DNA of 63,758 nt, counting the filler, from Asterionella formosa (Eukaryota), in assembly GCA_002256025.1 (NCBI GenBank). It is 11 parts of 11 records of this genome, joined end to end, with 100 filler letters (N's around TTAATTAATTAA, not from the genome) between each part and the next. Parts side by side here need not be neighbours in the genome. Positions count along the whole stretch, not along the records: positions 46,486 to 52,177 come from NKIB01012958.1; positions 52,278 to 57,971 come from NKIB01012959.1; positions 58,072 to 63,758 come from NKIB01012960.1; 8 more parts are not named here. The stretch is one strand, 5' to 3'. The translations under genes were made by a program, and so were the position numbers. The notes under the pieces are model-generated. The model was given only the letters and a program-made list of their open reading frames with translations, was not told the DNA's origin and searched no databases. Position 1 is the first letter of the stretch, and each line of letters opens with the position of its first letter. Positions 49,757 through 62,187 of this stretch are shown one piece after another.

Positions 49757-50423
49757 TGAGCAAGGGAAGGAAAAATCTCGAAGCCGATTCCCCTTGAATG
49801 CATAGTTGGAAATATTCACAGCAGATTACCCAATGGATGAAGGAGTACTTCGCATGTGGTTATGGGACGATGGGACTTTATATGGACTTTAACTCATCTT
49901 GCCAACACAGGCATTTGAAGGGGCACAAAGTTCAAATCTGCACCGAGTGGATTCCCGCTAAGTAACACCTGTTGTTTTATCTAGAGCGACAACTAAATGC
50001 TGAATCTTAGGCCCCCGTTGTTTGCATTGTCGTCCAGGGACCCGAGTCATGGTAATATTAGCTATGATACCAGATCTAAACATTCGTACTTTAAAAAACC
50101 TGGTAAGAATTGATGTGTAGCAAAAAATACCTTCAAATCACCTGGTCAACGAATAGTCTACATTTTTGCTGAATCAAAGAAATTTGAATTTATACACATG
50201 ATATCTGGCAGGGTATTATGTTGTTAAATTGTCTAGTTGAATATCACAGATCTTACTTTTAAGATCTCTAAAGCTGAAAACGTATTTTCACTTTACACTT
50301 TGTAATATTGTGAGCTTTCTGTTAATAGTCTATCTAGGTCTTGTTCTTGCCTGATTACTCATGTAATCATGAACAAGACTTCTCACACTTTCCTTGATCT
50401 TGTCAAAATGATCTTGCTTACTT

Positions 50424-50542
50424 TGACAATAAGTAAGCATATTCATTTTACAATAAGTGAGCAGCACTTATTCTTTTGACAATAAGTGAGCATCTGATGC
50501 ACTTGTCAATAAGTAAACATCTCCAGTCATTTGTCAATAAAT
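50424..50542 (+). repeat. Array of five caataagtragca-like motifs at 24-29 bp spacing
   Basis: The core caataa starts at 50427, 50451, 50480, 50507 and 50535, separated by variable spacers. Confidence 0.75.
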
Positions 50543-51620
50543 GTCGCATGTTTTGGGTCTTGGTTTCTGATCACTACTAAGAATATTGATTCTCGATTCG
50601 TTGGATTCCATATATTTTATCATTATGTAACGTTCAAACTTGACAATATAAATGATTGCCCCATTTGCTCATCTAATTTCACCATTTACATCTTCTTGTA
50701 ACCTTCTGGATATTGCTTCTTTTGGCACGATTGGATGGTTGTATGACGAAGGCCTTTACACTCTTGTTATTCCGGTCGATCTGGGAAATAAGCGGCTGGA
50801 AGCGAGGCAACATGATTCGCCACGGTGAGTGTAACATGTGCGTTGCTTTCTAGAGTGTTGTGGGTCAGGAGATCGGTTTAGCGTGAAGGATATGGTATAT
50901 CCTCGCAGATGTGTCCGAGCAACAAATGTAATCCCGCCTTGTTCATTCGGTCTGATGTTATGCATTCAGATATCAAATATCATTTCTTTAATTAGCGCTA
51001 ATTGTTAAATGTCAGGGTGCTTCTGTTGCATGGATTTCCACCACTTCTGGAGGTCAGCATCTGGGATGAAGTTTCCTTCATCTGCTGGAGTTGGATCATC
51101 GTTGTCAAGCATCCCAAACATGGTCACAGTCACTCTTTTACAACGGATTCGTTGTCCTTCACTTTTTAGAGTGTTCAGGAAATAATACCGGTTTTAAGAA
51201 TCATAGAAACGCATTAAAAAAATGATATATATATATATACATACATACGTTTGGTTACAGGTACCGGCATACTCATTTCTTGACTAAAATTATCAAGTTC
51301 TACTGGTACATTTAGGTATGGAGGGTTTACTACCTGAGGTCCTGAGTACCTGTTAGTCTACCGGTTTACCGGTATATCTGATAGACCTATTTACCGGATG
51401 TGTACCGGTAATAGAAGTGCCGGTATAGGCAACCGGTACACAGTGGAAGGTCCGGTAATCGCGATATTTAGCTTTACATTTTCGTAAGTAAAACGTGTTT
51501 TACCGGACCTTCCTCTGGCGACCTGAACTTGAAGTGATTTTAGCAGTGATGGTACTTTCCCATTTCCCGCCCCCCCCCCTCCCCCAACACACCACCACCA
51601 CCTTGTGTCCCTTCTTTCGA

Positions 51621-52177
51621 ATGAAAACAGAAACGACAGCAACATTCATTCTTGCCTGCTTTACAATAATGATAAAACGGTGTGGAGCCTTTGCAGTCAG
51701 AAGGGCCTTTGCCATTACACCGTCAATGTTGTTGCCCCAGCGTTTCCGTTGCACCACCCAGCAACATCACGGACAACGATGCTTCACATGTTTCATGTCG
51801 GCGAAAGAAAGCGCGGAAGGAAAGGACCTTGTACCAATGTGGGAATACCGTGGCTACAAAAATCCTCCGCCGCTGAGTGCTCAAAGGCGCCGCTTCACGA
51901 CTGACAACTGGATTGTCCCGAACAATGTTACAATTCCAGAAGATCGCATTGAGCTATCGTTCGTGAAATCGAGTGGACCGGGTGGTCAGAGTGTCAACAA
52001 GTCGAATTCCAAAGTTGAGCTTCGTTTTTGTCTGGATGAAGCTCATGATTGGCTGCCGAAGGAAGTCTGCGAGCGCATTAAAGAGCAACAACCCAGTCGG
52101 GTAAGCAAGGAAGGCATATTTTCGTTGTCGTCGCAGGAGCATAGAACTCAAATAGGAAATCGTAAGGATGCTTTTGC
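51621..52177 (+). CDS. ICT1: ICT1/ArfB (YaeJ) codon-independent peptidyl-tRNA hydrolase, 3' truncated at contig edge
   Basis: IPEDRIELSFVKSSGPGGQSVNKSNSKVELRF, W.P, and SQEHRTQ..NRKDA. N-terminal signal-like peptide ending CGA-FAV. Confidence 0.88.
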
Positions 52178-52528
52178 NNNNNNNNNNNNNNNNNNNNNNN
52201 NNNNNNNNNNNNNNNNNNNNNTTAATTAATTAANNNNNNNNNNNNNNNNNNNNNNNNNNNNNNNNNNNNNNNNNNNNGATTTAAACTGAAAATATTCTAT
52301 CATGTATGCTTGCCATTCTGGTTTTGCTATTCTGCTCAATTGTAAACTGAAGATCCCACTTTTACATGGGTGCATATGCCCATAAAAAATGTTACCTGAC
52401 TGTATATCTTCTTTTCTTGATGGCTTTGAAATAATGATTTGCCTGTGCTACTAACTGTGGGCAACCAGGAATTGTACTGGTACTGGTACTCCAACCAGGT
52501 ACTCCGTACCTGTTACCCTGGTACCTGG

Positions 52529-52708
52529 TGAAGTATCTAACTAGAAGTAGTAGTATTTATTGAATATATGATCTAATTAATCTTATGTACAACTTGCTTC
52601 CCAAGTGGACATCAAAGTATCCAATAGGTGTTACCGGTAGTCGAGTTCTGATATATTTGATATAACCCTACCCCTGTATACATCTGTATCGATGTGCAGG
52701 ATCGCTCA
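52529..52708 (-). repeat. 3' LTR of Gypsy element
   Basis: 180-bp direct repeat of 56931-57110. Confidence 0.95.
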
Positions 52709-55700
52709 CTCTCCCACACTTGAGGGAATACCTTTTACCTATGAAATGGTTTGATACGACGAATATTAATTCGTTCTGTAATATGCATAGTGCGTTGAAA
52801 AGTAACTGTACCATTGGCATGTACTTGAAAAATAGTATAAGGACCTCGTCCACAATCATCCAAAGTAGTAGGATTATCCAAAAGTATAAAAATCTCATCA
52901 CCCAGTTTGTAATCATAAGATCGACGACGGAAATTAACGCGATGTAAGCGTTCGTCGATTATCACTTGTCGACGTTGATGTATCAATTGTAAATCTGTAA
53001 TCAAAGGAATATTTAATATCATATCACGTTGAAAAACCCATGCGCCTGGTGAAATATGTAATGTACTATGAATAGTAGCTCGAGCTGCATATGATGCAGT
53101 TGCAAAACATTTATCCACAATATTTTGGGCTTGAAATTCATTCATTGGAGTATGAGCTAGCATCTGATGATACCAATTAATAATAGGATCCAATAATGAT
53201 GTAGAAATAGCAATACGTCATAAAAATTGATGGAGGGAAATTTTAACGGATGTGTTTGTTGATTTAGAATCAATTGTATATCCAGCAATTGTCTATCATG
53301 TATTAAATTATAATCCAAAGGATATTGAATATTGTCTGTCAAGATTGGATGATTAAGGAAACAGGTAAGCAAAGGTTCATAATCTAATTCAATTGAAAAG
53401 GTAGAAGTGGATGTTGATGCTGGAGATTTCGGTCCAATATCATCCCCCACCAAAGACTCAAGCCTCGGGAGGCGAGAGATGGAATCTGCAATAGCATTGT
53501 CAGTCCCTTTCACGTAGTGAAAAGTAGGATGATATTCTTCAATATTAAGTCTCCACCGTAGAACATGTTGAGTATGTAAAGTATTATAAATAAGAATTCG
53601 ATGATCAGTGTGAACATGAAGAACTGGACCCAATAACATAGAGCAAAATTCTTTGAAAGTTTCTACCACAGAAAGCAATTCTTTTTCAAAAGTAGTATAA
53701 TTATTTTGAGCAGCAGATAATTTGCGAGAATAATAAGCAACTGGGAGATCATTTTGCATAATGACAGACCCTAATTGATAATCAGAGGCATCAGTAAAGA
53801 TATGAAAAGGAAGATTACGATCAGGATAACGCATGAGTGTATCTGCAACCAACAACGCTTTCAAAAGCTTGTTGATGTCTAGGTAACCAGACAAATGGAA
53901 TAGTTCCAATTAAATCTGTAAGTGTTACAAGAACATGAGATCGTCTAGGAAACATGTCTCGATAGTACGTAACAGCAGCAAGAAATGATCTGACTTGTTA
54001 AAGATTGGTAGGTGAAGACATATTAATCAATGCTCGGATCTTTTTAGACCAAGGTTACAGTTCTTTAGGAGTTAACCAATGGCCTAACTAATCTGTCTCT
54101 TGGAATAACCATTCACACTTAGATGGATTAATTGTAAAACCATTTGCCTGTAAACGATGTAAAATAGTGTCCCAAAGATGAATGTGATCCGAAAAAATAA
54201 TTGAAAAACAACACACGTCATCAATATAAATTTCCACATCATCTAAATCACTTAGAATCTGTTCCATAGTTTCTTGTGCTATATCAGATGATAGTTTCAC
54301 CCCCAAAGGGAGACGTAAATATTTATATAAACCAAATGGAGTGGAAAGAACGCACAAATTTTGACTCTCCACATCTAAATGCGAAAGCATAGTATTGCAT
54401 AGAAACATACAATTTAGTGAAGAATACATACTATCCAGAACATTTAGTGAGAAAAGTTTGGATTAGAGGCAATGGATATATATTACGATTGATTACTTTA
54501 TTGAGTTCACGAAAATCTGATACCCATCGGACACTTCCATCTTTTTTATTAATAAATAAAGTGGGAGACGCCTATTTAGAAGCACCACATTTTTGTAGGA
54601 CTCCAATATCACACAATCGTTGTAATTCGGTTTTGAAAACTTCTGAATGAATATGAGCTACAGGATATGCTCGTAGATGACCATGGATGGCATTTGATAA
54701 TAATTCCTAATGTACCTGTTTATGAGGATAAACTTTTAATTTTCCATCAAATAATGTTTGATATTTAACCAATATACTTTGCAAACATCACCGTTGCATT
54801 GTTGTTAAATGCATCTGTTTATTCACCACTGTATCAATATTCACATAATTATATTCAGCAGCTTTAATTTCCAGCGCATATGAAGATTCCACAATCATAG
54901 GTGCATCATAATATAATAATACATCACATAAACGTTCTGCATCATCAAAGAATGTGAGAGAATGCATAGGATCGCTCAATCATATCCATACAGGACATGG
55001 TGTTATTTACGAAATCAATGGTTAAACCAATTTGACAAAGGAAATCACGTCCTAAAATAGCATCAAATGTGCATAGACCATTAAAAACTTGACACTTTTG
55101 TTGTAAAATACGAGCAGATCGATTAAATTCAGGTTGAATCAGGTCATATAAAATAACACTGGCATGAGATGAATAAGTACCAGCTATGGTATGTATTAAT
55201 TGGGAAGTCTCATTAGACAAAGAAATACCTTGAGGCATAACCCGTTCATGTATTAAGGATAAGGATCCTCCACTATCAAATAATATCGTAGTATTTTATG
55301 CATAGGCATAGCATCCACCAATCGTGGCGCTAAAAGAGACATTGGAATCAGATCAATTGACGTTAATACATCCCTTAGAAGTAAAACAGGAAACCGGAAT
55401 TTGGCCCTGATATGTATGTGGAATGTCATTTCCATCGATGCATATATATATATGTCCCGCGTTACAGCAACAGCAGTATTCATAGTGTATTCAACCTGTA
55501 AATAAACAATATTATCCAGGTGATGACTAACGTGAGATATACTCAATGAGTCATTATAAATAGCATCGCTATTATCGCACATACTTCTGTAATGGCGATC
55601 AGTAATCTGCTGTTGTGTAGTAGGGACAAAAGTCACTATGTGACCAGCAGGAGGGTTCGTGCGTGACAACTGAAATTTCCTGGGCAGATGTATTCTTGGT

Positions 55701-56930
55701 AAGATTGGCACGTGGCATGGTACCCCAACCGGATGGACAAGTATTATGACCCCATGTATTTAACATACGAGCATGTGGAACAGACACAGGGTTAGCAGTG
55801 TCAGTATGGTAGCTTTCTGTAGGATTACTGTGTGAACCACCTCCACCACCACCAAAACGTCCTCGTCTACCGAAACTGGAGCAGCCACGTCCATTATGAC
55901 GACCAGCCATGCAACCTGCTTGACCACCTTGAGTACGAGGATTCTGAAAACAACTGCCCCAAGTATGTGTACCTTCAGGATGTACCGGGGACAAGGACCA
56001 CGATAATCATGGTATGTACGACTGGCTTGTAGAGCTTGATGACGAACAGTCGCCTGACGATCCCATGTGCGACCGGCTGCATTGACAATAGCACGCGCTC
56101 TTCCACGACCACTTGGAGTAAAATTATCGTTGTAGAATTGACGACTGACACGCTTGTTTTCTTGACGCATCACACGATTGCCTTCAGCAATACAAAGACG
56201 ATTTTGTGTGATTGTTTGAAAACTGTTCTTGGGAAGGTGCTTGGTTCGGTCCTTGAACGATTGTTGACTCTCGAAGTAAGCAAGAACCGAGCGAATCGAT
56301 TGGTCTGAAGTTTTAGCATGATTCAGTTCAAACTCTTGTTGCCACTCATCGGGCATAGAACGGATGATGATAATCCGCATATCTTCTTTTGACAATCCGT
56401 TTTGATCTTCTGAATGAGGCATTAGTTGAAGTAGCCTGTTCAAAGTTATAATACGAGCTCCGAAATCCATTACCAACCTAGAAAAGGGTTTAGACAACTA
56501 GCGTAGCATCCATTGTCGTTGATGTTGAAAACTCTCGTTTGGTAAACAACCATCTAACCATAAGGCCATTGCTTCATCGAAACTATCATAGCTAGGATTG
56601 ATCTTCTGGGTGTACTTCCACATTCAACCAATCCGATAAGGCAATGTCGGTCAAACACCTTTTAAAGTAGGAAAAGGTATCTGCAGGTCTAAAGGCACAT
56701 GTGTTAGCCATGTCACGAAATTGATTCACTCCAATCAACAATGCTTCCACAGAGCTTCCATCGATTATATCTTGATCAAACGATTCAAACCTTCCACCGG
56801 TTAAAGCAGCTCTGAATGTTTTAGTCTTGATAGTCAATACATTGTAATCTTTGATCAAAGGAATGACAGGAACCCTTGAATACATTGCCATGTTCGTTTT
56901 CTTCTAATTGGACTCTTTTTGAATTCAAAG

Positions 56931-57110
56931 TGAAGTATCTAACCAGAAGTAGTAGTATTTATTGAATATATGAGCTAATTAATCTTATGTACAACTTGTT
57001 TCCCAAGTGGACATCAAAGTATACAATAGGTGTCACCGGTAGTCGAGTTCTGATATATTTGATATAACCCTAACCCTGTATACATCTGTATCGATGTGCA
57101 GGATCGCTCA
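56931..57110 (-). repeat. 5' LTR of Gypsy element
   Basis: 180-bp direct repeat of 52529-52708. Confidence 0.95.
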
Positions 57111-57469
57111 CCTGGTACCTGGTACTCCTAGTACCGGTTTAAGGTTGCGGCACCGGCTTAACCCTAGTTTGGAGAAAACATCGCTTGGGTTGTAAAAATG
57201 GCAGGGAACAAGGAGTTTTCTACTATGAATTCCCATGATTCGAGTGTTGATTTGAATAATTGAATTAAATAGGTATCGGCGCCAGATTGATAGAGTTCCA
57301 TTTGTAACAAAGAAAAATGATATTTAAATGTTAATAATTTATCCTCGTTACTGTATGTAGACATAATTTTACTTGGCACCAAAACACATATATACCGGGA
57401 ACGTAGTCATAAAAAATTTAACTCCCAGTTAAACCCGTAGTGGAAGATAGCACTAGTAGTTTACTCGTA

Positions 57470-57920
57470 CTCCAGTACTGTGCACAAAGCTAGCGAGAAT
57501 ACCGGTACTGGTTCCTGGTTGCACCTAGTACCATTGCTCCTATCGACTGGTACCTGGTACTGGTACCGGGTACCAGGGTACTGTAACAGGGTACGTGTAT
57601 GCGGGGAATAGACAATTGGATATATTAGAGTACTAAATATGGAGTCACCACAAGTACATATACTTTTGCACTATATTACAGTAAATAGAGGACCAAGTCT
57701 ATTACTGGTGGGTATGTCTATTTATCACAGCTGAATTTACGAATAGTTTTCTCTTTTTCAACCCTTTTTGGGAAAAGTCCCTGTATTCCGGTACCAGGTA
57801 CTCCCAGGTACTGGTACTCGGAGCACCAGTTAGACTACCGGTAACCGGTAGTACATTATCTTGGTTCATCATGATGGAAGACAGGATGTACTACCGGTAG
57901 TACCGGTACCTGGTACTGAT
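57470..57920. repeat. Dense tract of GGTACC/ACCGGT/CCWGG/AGTACT short palindromes (type example of a dispersed family)
   Basis: Examples: ctggtacctggtactggtaccgggtaccagggtac (~57547) and actaccggtagtaccggtacctggtact (~57890). Confidence 0.75.
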
Positions 57921-59262
57921 TTTACCAACCAGTATTCAGTACATCTAATACCTCTGGTTCAAGTGTGGCTGNNNNNNNNNNNNNNNNNNNNNNNNNNNNN
58001 NNNNNNNNNNNNNNNTTAATTAATTAANNNNNNNNNNNNNNNNNNNNNNNNNNNNNNNNNNNNNNNNNNNNACAGAATCATTCCAACTTATTCGTGACAA
58101 TCCATTATATATACGTAACTATCATATATTTAAGAATGATATGTTTGAGAGCAGGTATCACGAACATTGTATACAGTAAGAAGTTAGTATACCACTAAGA
58201 AACTGTAAGCAACCTTGAGTATTTTATACTCCATCTTCCGACTATAAAATATTCAAGTAATATTGGAATCGAAACCTGATGCAAGTACGAAATGTATGTT
58301 ACACGAAACACTCTATTCTACGAATAATTAATCAGTTTCAACTCAGTGTATTCAGCCATGAAGATCTAATATTTTCATAGTCATAAAGATTGTGGTATAG
58401 CTGTGGCTTACAGTGCATTTTTTCTATCCATACATGAGTATATTTTCCACCCAAACCATGATCTTTTTAACTCTGTTTATACTACCGAAATTATTTTCGT
58501 GTTGCTTTAGTACCTGTTAGGCGTGATACAGTATGCTTTTTGCTCTTGCATCATTACCAAATGCTTCTGACGCATAGGACTAGCTAGACAGGTAAACACA
58601 ATTTCGACAATCAGAACATGACTTGGATGTAATGAATGATTTTTTCATGGCATAGAAAGTTACTCCAGAGGAGAGTTTGGAATGGAAAGCCAGCCATACC
58701 CTTCGAGTAGGCTTGGGAGGAATGATTGGGAGAGAGGAGTCGAAACTGAAAATGCGCACATAAAACGTGCATTTGTACCGCCCGGGCATACCGGTATGTT
58801 AGCTGCAATTATTTTCAACCCGACCAGCCAGAGGGAGTGCGAAACCGGTGCCAGGTACCTGGTTTCCTGGCACCAGGTGCCGTATGTGGTACTCCTACAT
58901 GGTCGTCCCCGTCGTTGTGACTGATGGTGATCTGAATGCTGACAATGCACGGAGTGGATGGATGGTAACAAAAGTAAAGAAATATTCATACGGTTTTATA
59001 TTAGCTACCGGTATTAGCCTTCCGGTACACCACGAATGTATGCCGGTATGTATTTATAATACATATGTACCGCTACATAATTTGTAAGTATGCACAAACA
59101 TGTAAAATAAAAGGAAGGAAGCAAATACGATTAAGCTAAAATATAATATTTCTCCAATCCTCTCGTTCCATCAAACTGTCCCAGTGAACGATCGATCTGT
59201 TCCTTGGCTCAATAGGAAAGTACATTTTCATCTACACACTAATACATCTCACATCTATTGTC

Positions 59263-61053
59263 ATGACGACACGCCTACTTGTACTAGCAGCGGCTCGATC
59301 GTCCCTTCGTCGCAGCTTCACGTCCAAACCATCCTTTTCTGAATTTGAATACCCGCTTCGTACAGAGGCGCCAGTGGTATCGAGAACCAAAGCGTCGGAC
59401 TCTAGCTCTGCTGCAGGTACCAGCACTACTGCCTCAGCCTCCTACAGAGCACCCACTGCGAAGAAGTACGCCTCGGACGTATTCGATGACTCCAGGACTC
59501 TGAGCGAATTGGAACGAACCTCCATTCAAAGCGCCCAACGGACCATGATCAACACCACTTTGTTTGGATCGCAACCCATTTTGACCTCGCCACCAAATCA
59601 CATACCTCCCAATATATCGGCAAGTCAATTGGAAGTTCCCAAAACCATCATCTCCACGTTGCCGAATGGCATCAAGGTGGTATCGCAAGAAACATATGGA
59701 CAAGTGTGTTGCATCGGTCTGTTGGCGAACATGGGGTCCAGATTAGAAACCACCGTGGGGACGTGCCATTTATTGGAACTCACGGGATTCCAATCAACTC
59801 CTACCTATCAAAGTCCTGCAGACATTCAAGAGACACTGCAAAAGTGGGGTGGGACATCCTTTTGTCACATTGGGAACGAACAAGCCTTGTGGTGTTTAGA
59901 CATACTGCGACCGAACGTGCAACAGGGGTTTGAGCTATTGAAGGACGTTGTGTTGCATGCCAATTTTACAGACGACGAAGTTGCCATGAGCAAACAAGCC
60001 ATTAGATTCCAATGGGAAGATATGAAACCAGAACCGCTCGTACCGGAAGCTGTACTTATGGCAGCCTATGGGAGCGATCAACAATTGGGACGACCGCATA
60101 TTTGTAAGTTCCAAATGTATGTATACGTTTGTTTTCTTTTTTGTAAGGGGATGGGACATGCAACTAACATTGTCTATTACCATTTTTATTACTTTTTGCT
60201 TTGAATCTTACAAAACACAGGTCCATTGGATCAATTGGACCTCCCCACGGCAAAAACGTTGAGAGACTTTATGGATTTGCATGTGTGGAAGAATCCAAAA
60301 GGATTGGTCATATCCGGAGCTGGTATTGGACATGAAGAACTAGTCGATTTAGCCACCCGCAATTTTGGTCATTTGGAACAACATACGATTGATAATGGCT
60401 TTGTGAAATCGATCTATCGAGGAGGAAAATGCGCAATGATTCAAAAAACAAAGGAGGGATTCACTAACGTAGCCATTGGATTAGAAGTCGGTGGGTGGTC
60501 ATCCGAAGATTTGGCCACCACATGTGTTTTGCAAACACTGTTGGGAGGAGGATCGTCCTTTTCAGCCGGGGGGCCTGGTAAGGGGATGTATTCGAGATTG
60601 TATCGACAAGTGTTGAATCGAAATTCTTGGGCAGAGTCTACAGAAGCCTTCACAATATTCCACCAAGAGTCTGGGATATTGGGAATATCAGGAAGCTCGG
60701 TTCCTGACAAATCGGAAGATTTGGCACTAGTCATCAAAGATAATATTTTGACTCTTTCCAATACGCTAGTCACAGATGAAGAGTTGGATAGAGCCAGAAA
60801 CATGCTCAAAAACAATGTCTTGACGCAATTGGAGTCGAGACTTGTTCTCTTTGAAGACATGGGGCGCCAAGTGTCTACGTATGGTCACAGAGATGATTCT
60901 GATATCATGTCAGGTAAGATTGATGCTGTGACGAAATACGACATTATGAAGTTGGTCCAGCGTGCCATTCTTAAGCCGCCGACGGTAGCAGCTGTGGGGG
61001 ACGATGTTTCCTTTGTCCCTCCCTATGATGAAATCAAAAAGTGGTTTGTCTAA
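59263..61053 (+). CDS. PMPCA: Mitochondrial processing peptidase alpha subunit, 2 exons (59263-60103, 60221-61053)
   Basis: Arg/Ser-rich presequence, TLPNGIKVVS, GSR.E...G..HLLE (no HXXEH), and the glycine loop GGGSSFSAGGPGKGMYSRLY. GT-AG intron 60104-60220 preserves the frame. Confidence 0.95.
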
Positions 61054-61299
61054 ATAATTATTACGGGCAAGAATATTTTTCGCATGCATGCAACTCTTAA
61101 TGCTACTATTTCGTATGAGTTGATGTTGGGTTTGGAGTTCAAGGAGAGGCAATAAATCAGCAAAACTAATTTGAATTCGAAATTTACAGTATAGTGACAT
61201 TGCTAGGCGTTAATTGTATTCGTAATGGCAAGTTTACCTTTCTCTTGTAATCGGTCACCATGCAGCAATGATTAGAAATTGATTGGCATTTCTAAGCAC

Positions 61300-62160
61300 A
61301 TTCCTGCCATTTCAGTTTGAAGCAACTAACTTTGAGATGGAAGTTCTGGTCAAATGATAAATCAAGCCAGGCGTAAAATCATTACATCGTTATCGAGCAT
61401 GATACTACGCCAGCAAACACCTACAATATCTATTGCGAGCCTTGTCAATTGGGCCAAACAATTGATAACTTGAGACTATATATTCATTTGATCACATGCA
61501 TACAATACACAACAATGTTCTTTTGTCATACTAATGCTTGCATGGCTTGACTAACACGGCTCCAGGTGGACAGAACCAAAACCAGCACAGTCAGACCTCA
61601 CGGTAGAATACAGCTCATGAAACGTTGCTCTATAGTAGCCAGTAACACATTGGATGGAACAAGGAAACCCATGGCCATGTGGGCAAACTAGTTGGAAAAT
61701 GAAACTTGAGCAAGGGTACTACTGAACGGCAGCTGGATGGATGGTTGATACCATGTCTGCTTGAATTCAGTATCAATCACAGTGGATAGCATGCAATTTC
61801 TAGATTATTGTGCGTGATTAAGTGATCCAAAAATAATTTAAATGAAAAGATGGCTTCGCCATTACCATAAAGGATGAAAACAGTACTATCTAACAAAGAA
61901 GTTTGAAAGGTAGATCAATTGCATCATGCTCAAGATGTGCCCCCTCCTTCTTTGATATTGGACTTCTGGAAAGTTTGCATGAAATTTTCAGAACTGTGAT
62001 GGCACACAAGGTCGGTTGCGATGAGATCCACAAAGCTTGATTTTGGAAAAATTTCAGTTTCAGAATTGAATATTTACCATTATGAAATGCAACACGAACA
62101 TTTACTTAGGAACATGTAGCATATGCTCAACGTTTGAAACTATAGCACATCAATCCTAAA
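61300..62160 (+). mobile_element. Possible heavily degraded non-LTR retrotransposon remnant
   Basis: Broken frames end in GTCSICSTFETIAH, like a zf-RVT C..C...ET..H motif. Weak. Confidence 0.25.
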
Positions 62161-62187
62161 TGGTTACTCTGGTATGGCTGTGACAAG

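Larger units (their letters stand above)
52529..57110 (-). mobile_element. Ty3/Gypsy LTR retrotransposon, structurally complete but coding-decayed. LTRs 52529-52708 and 56931-57110; TSD CCTGG
   Basis: Two 180-bp TG..CA LTRs with 6 mismatches. CCTGG lies at 52524-52528 and 57111-57115, and a PPT (agtgtgggagag) abuts the 3' LTR. Coding motifs: gag from ATG 56891, DAILGRDFL, RT YLRLPLG/YIDDV, RNase H TDASDYQLG/HTDH and GPY. Domain order is PR-RT-RH-IN. Confidence 0.96.

Noticed and set aside
50424..50542. CRISPR array
   Set aside because: Repeats and spacers are too short and degenerate, there are no cas genes, and the context is eukaryotic.
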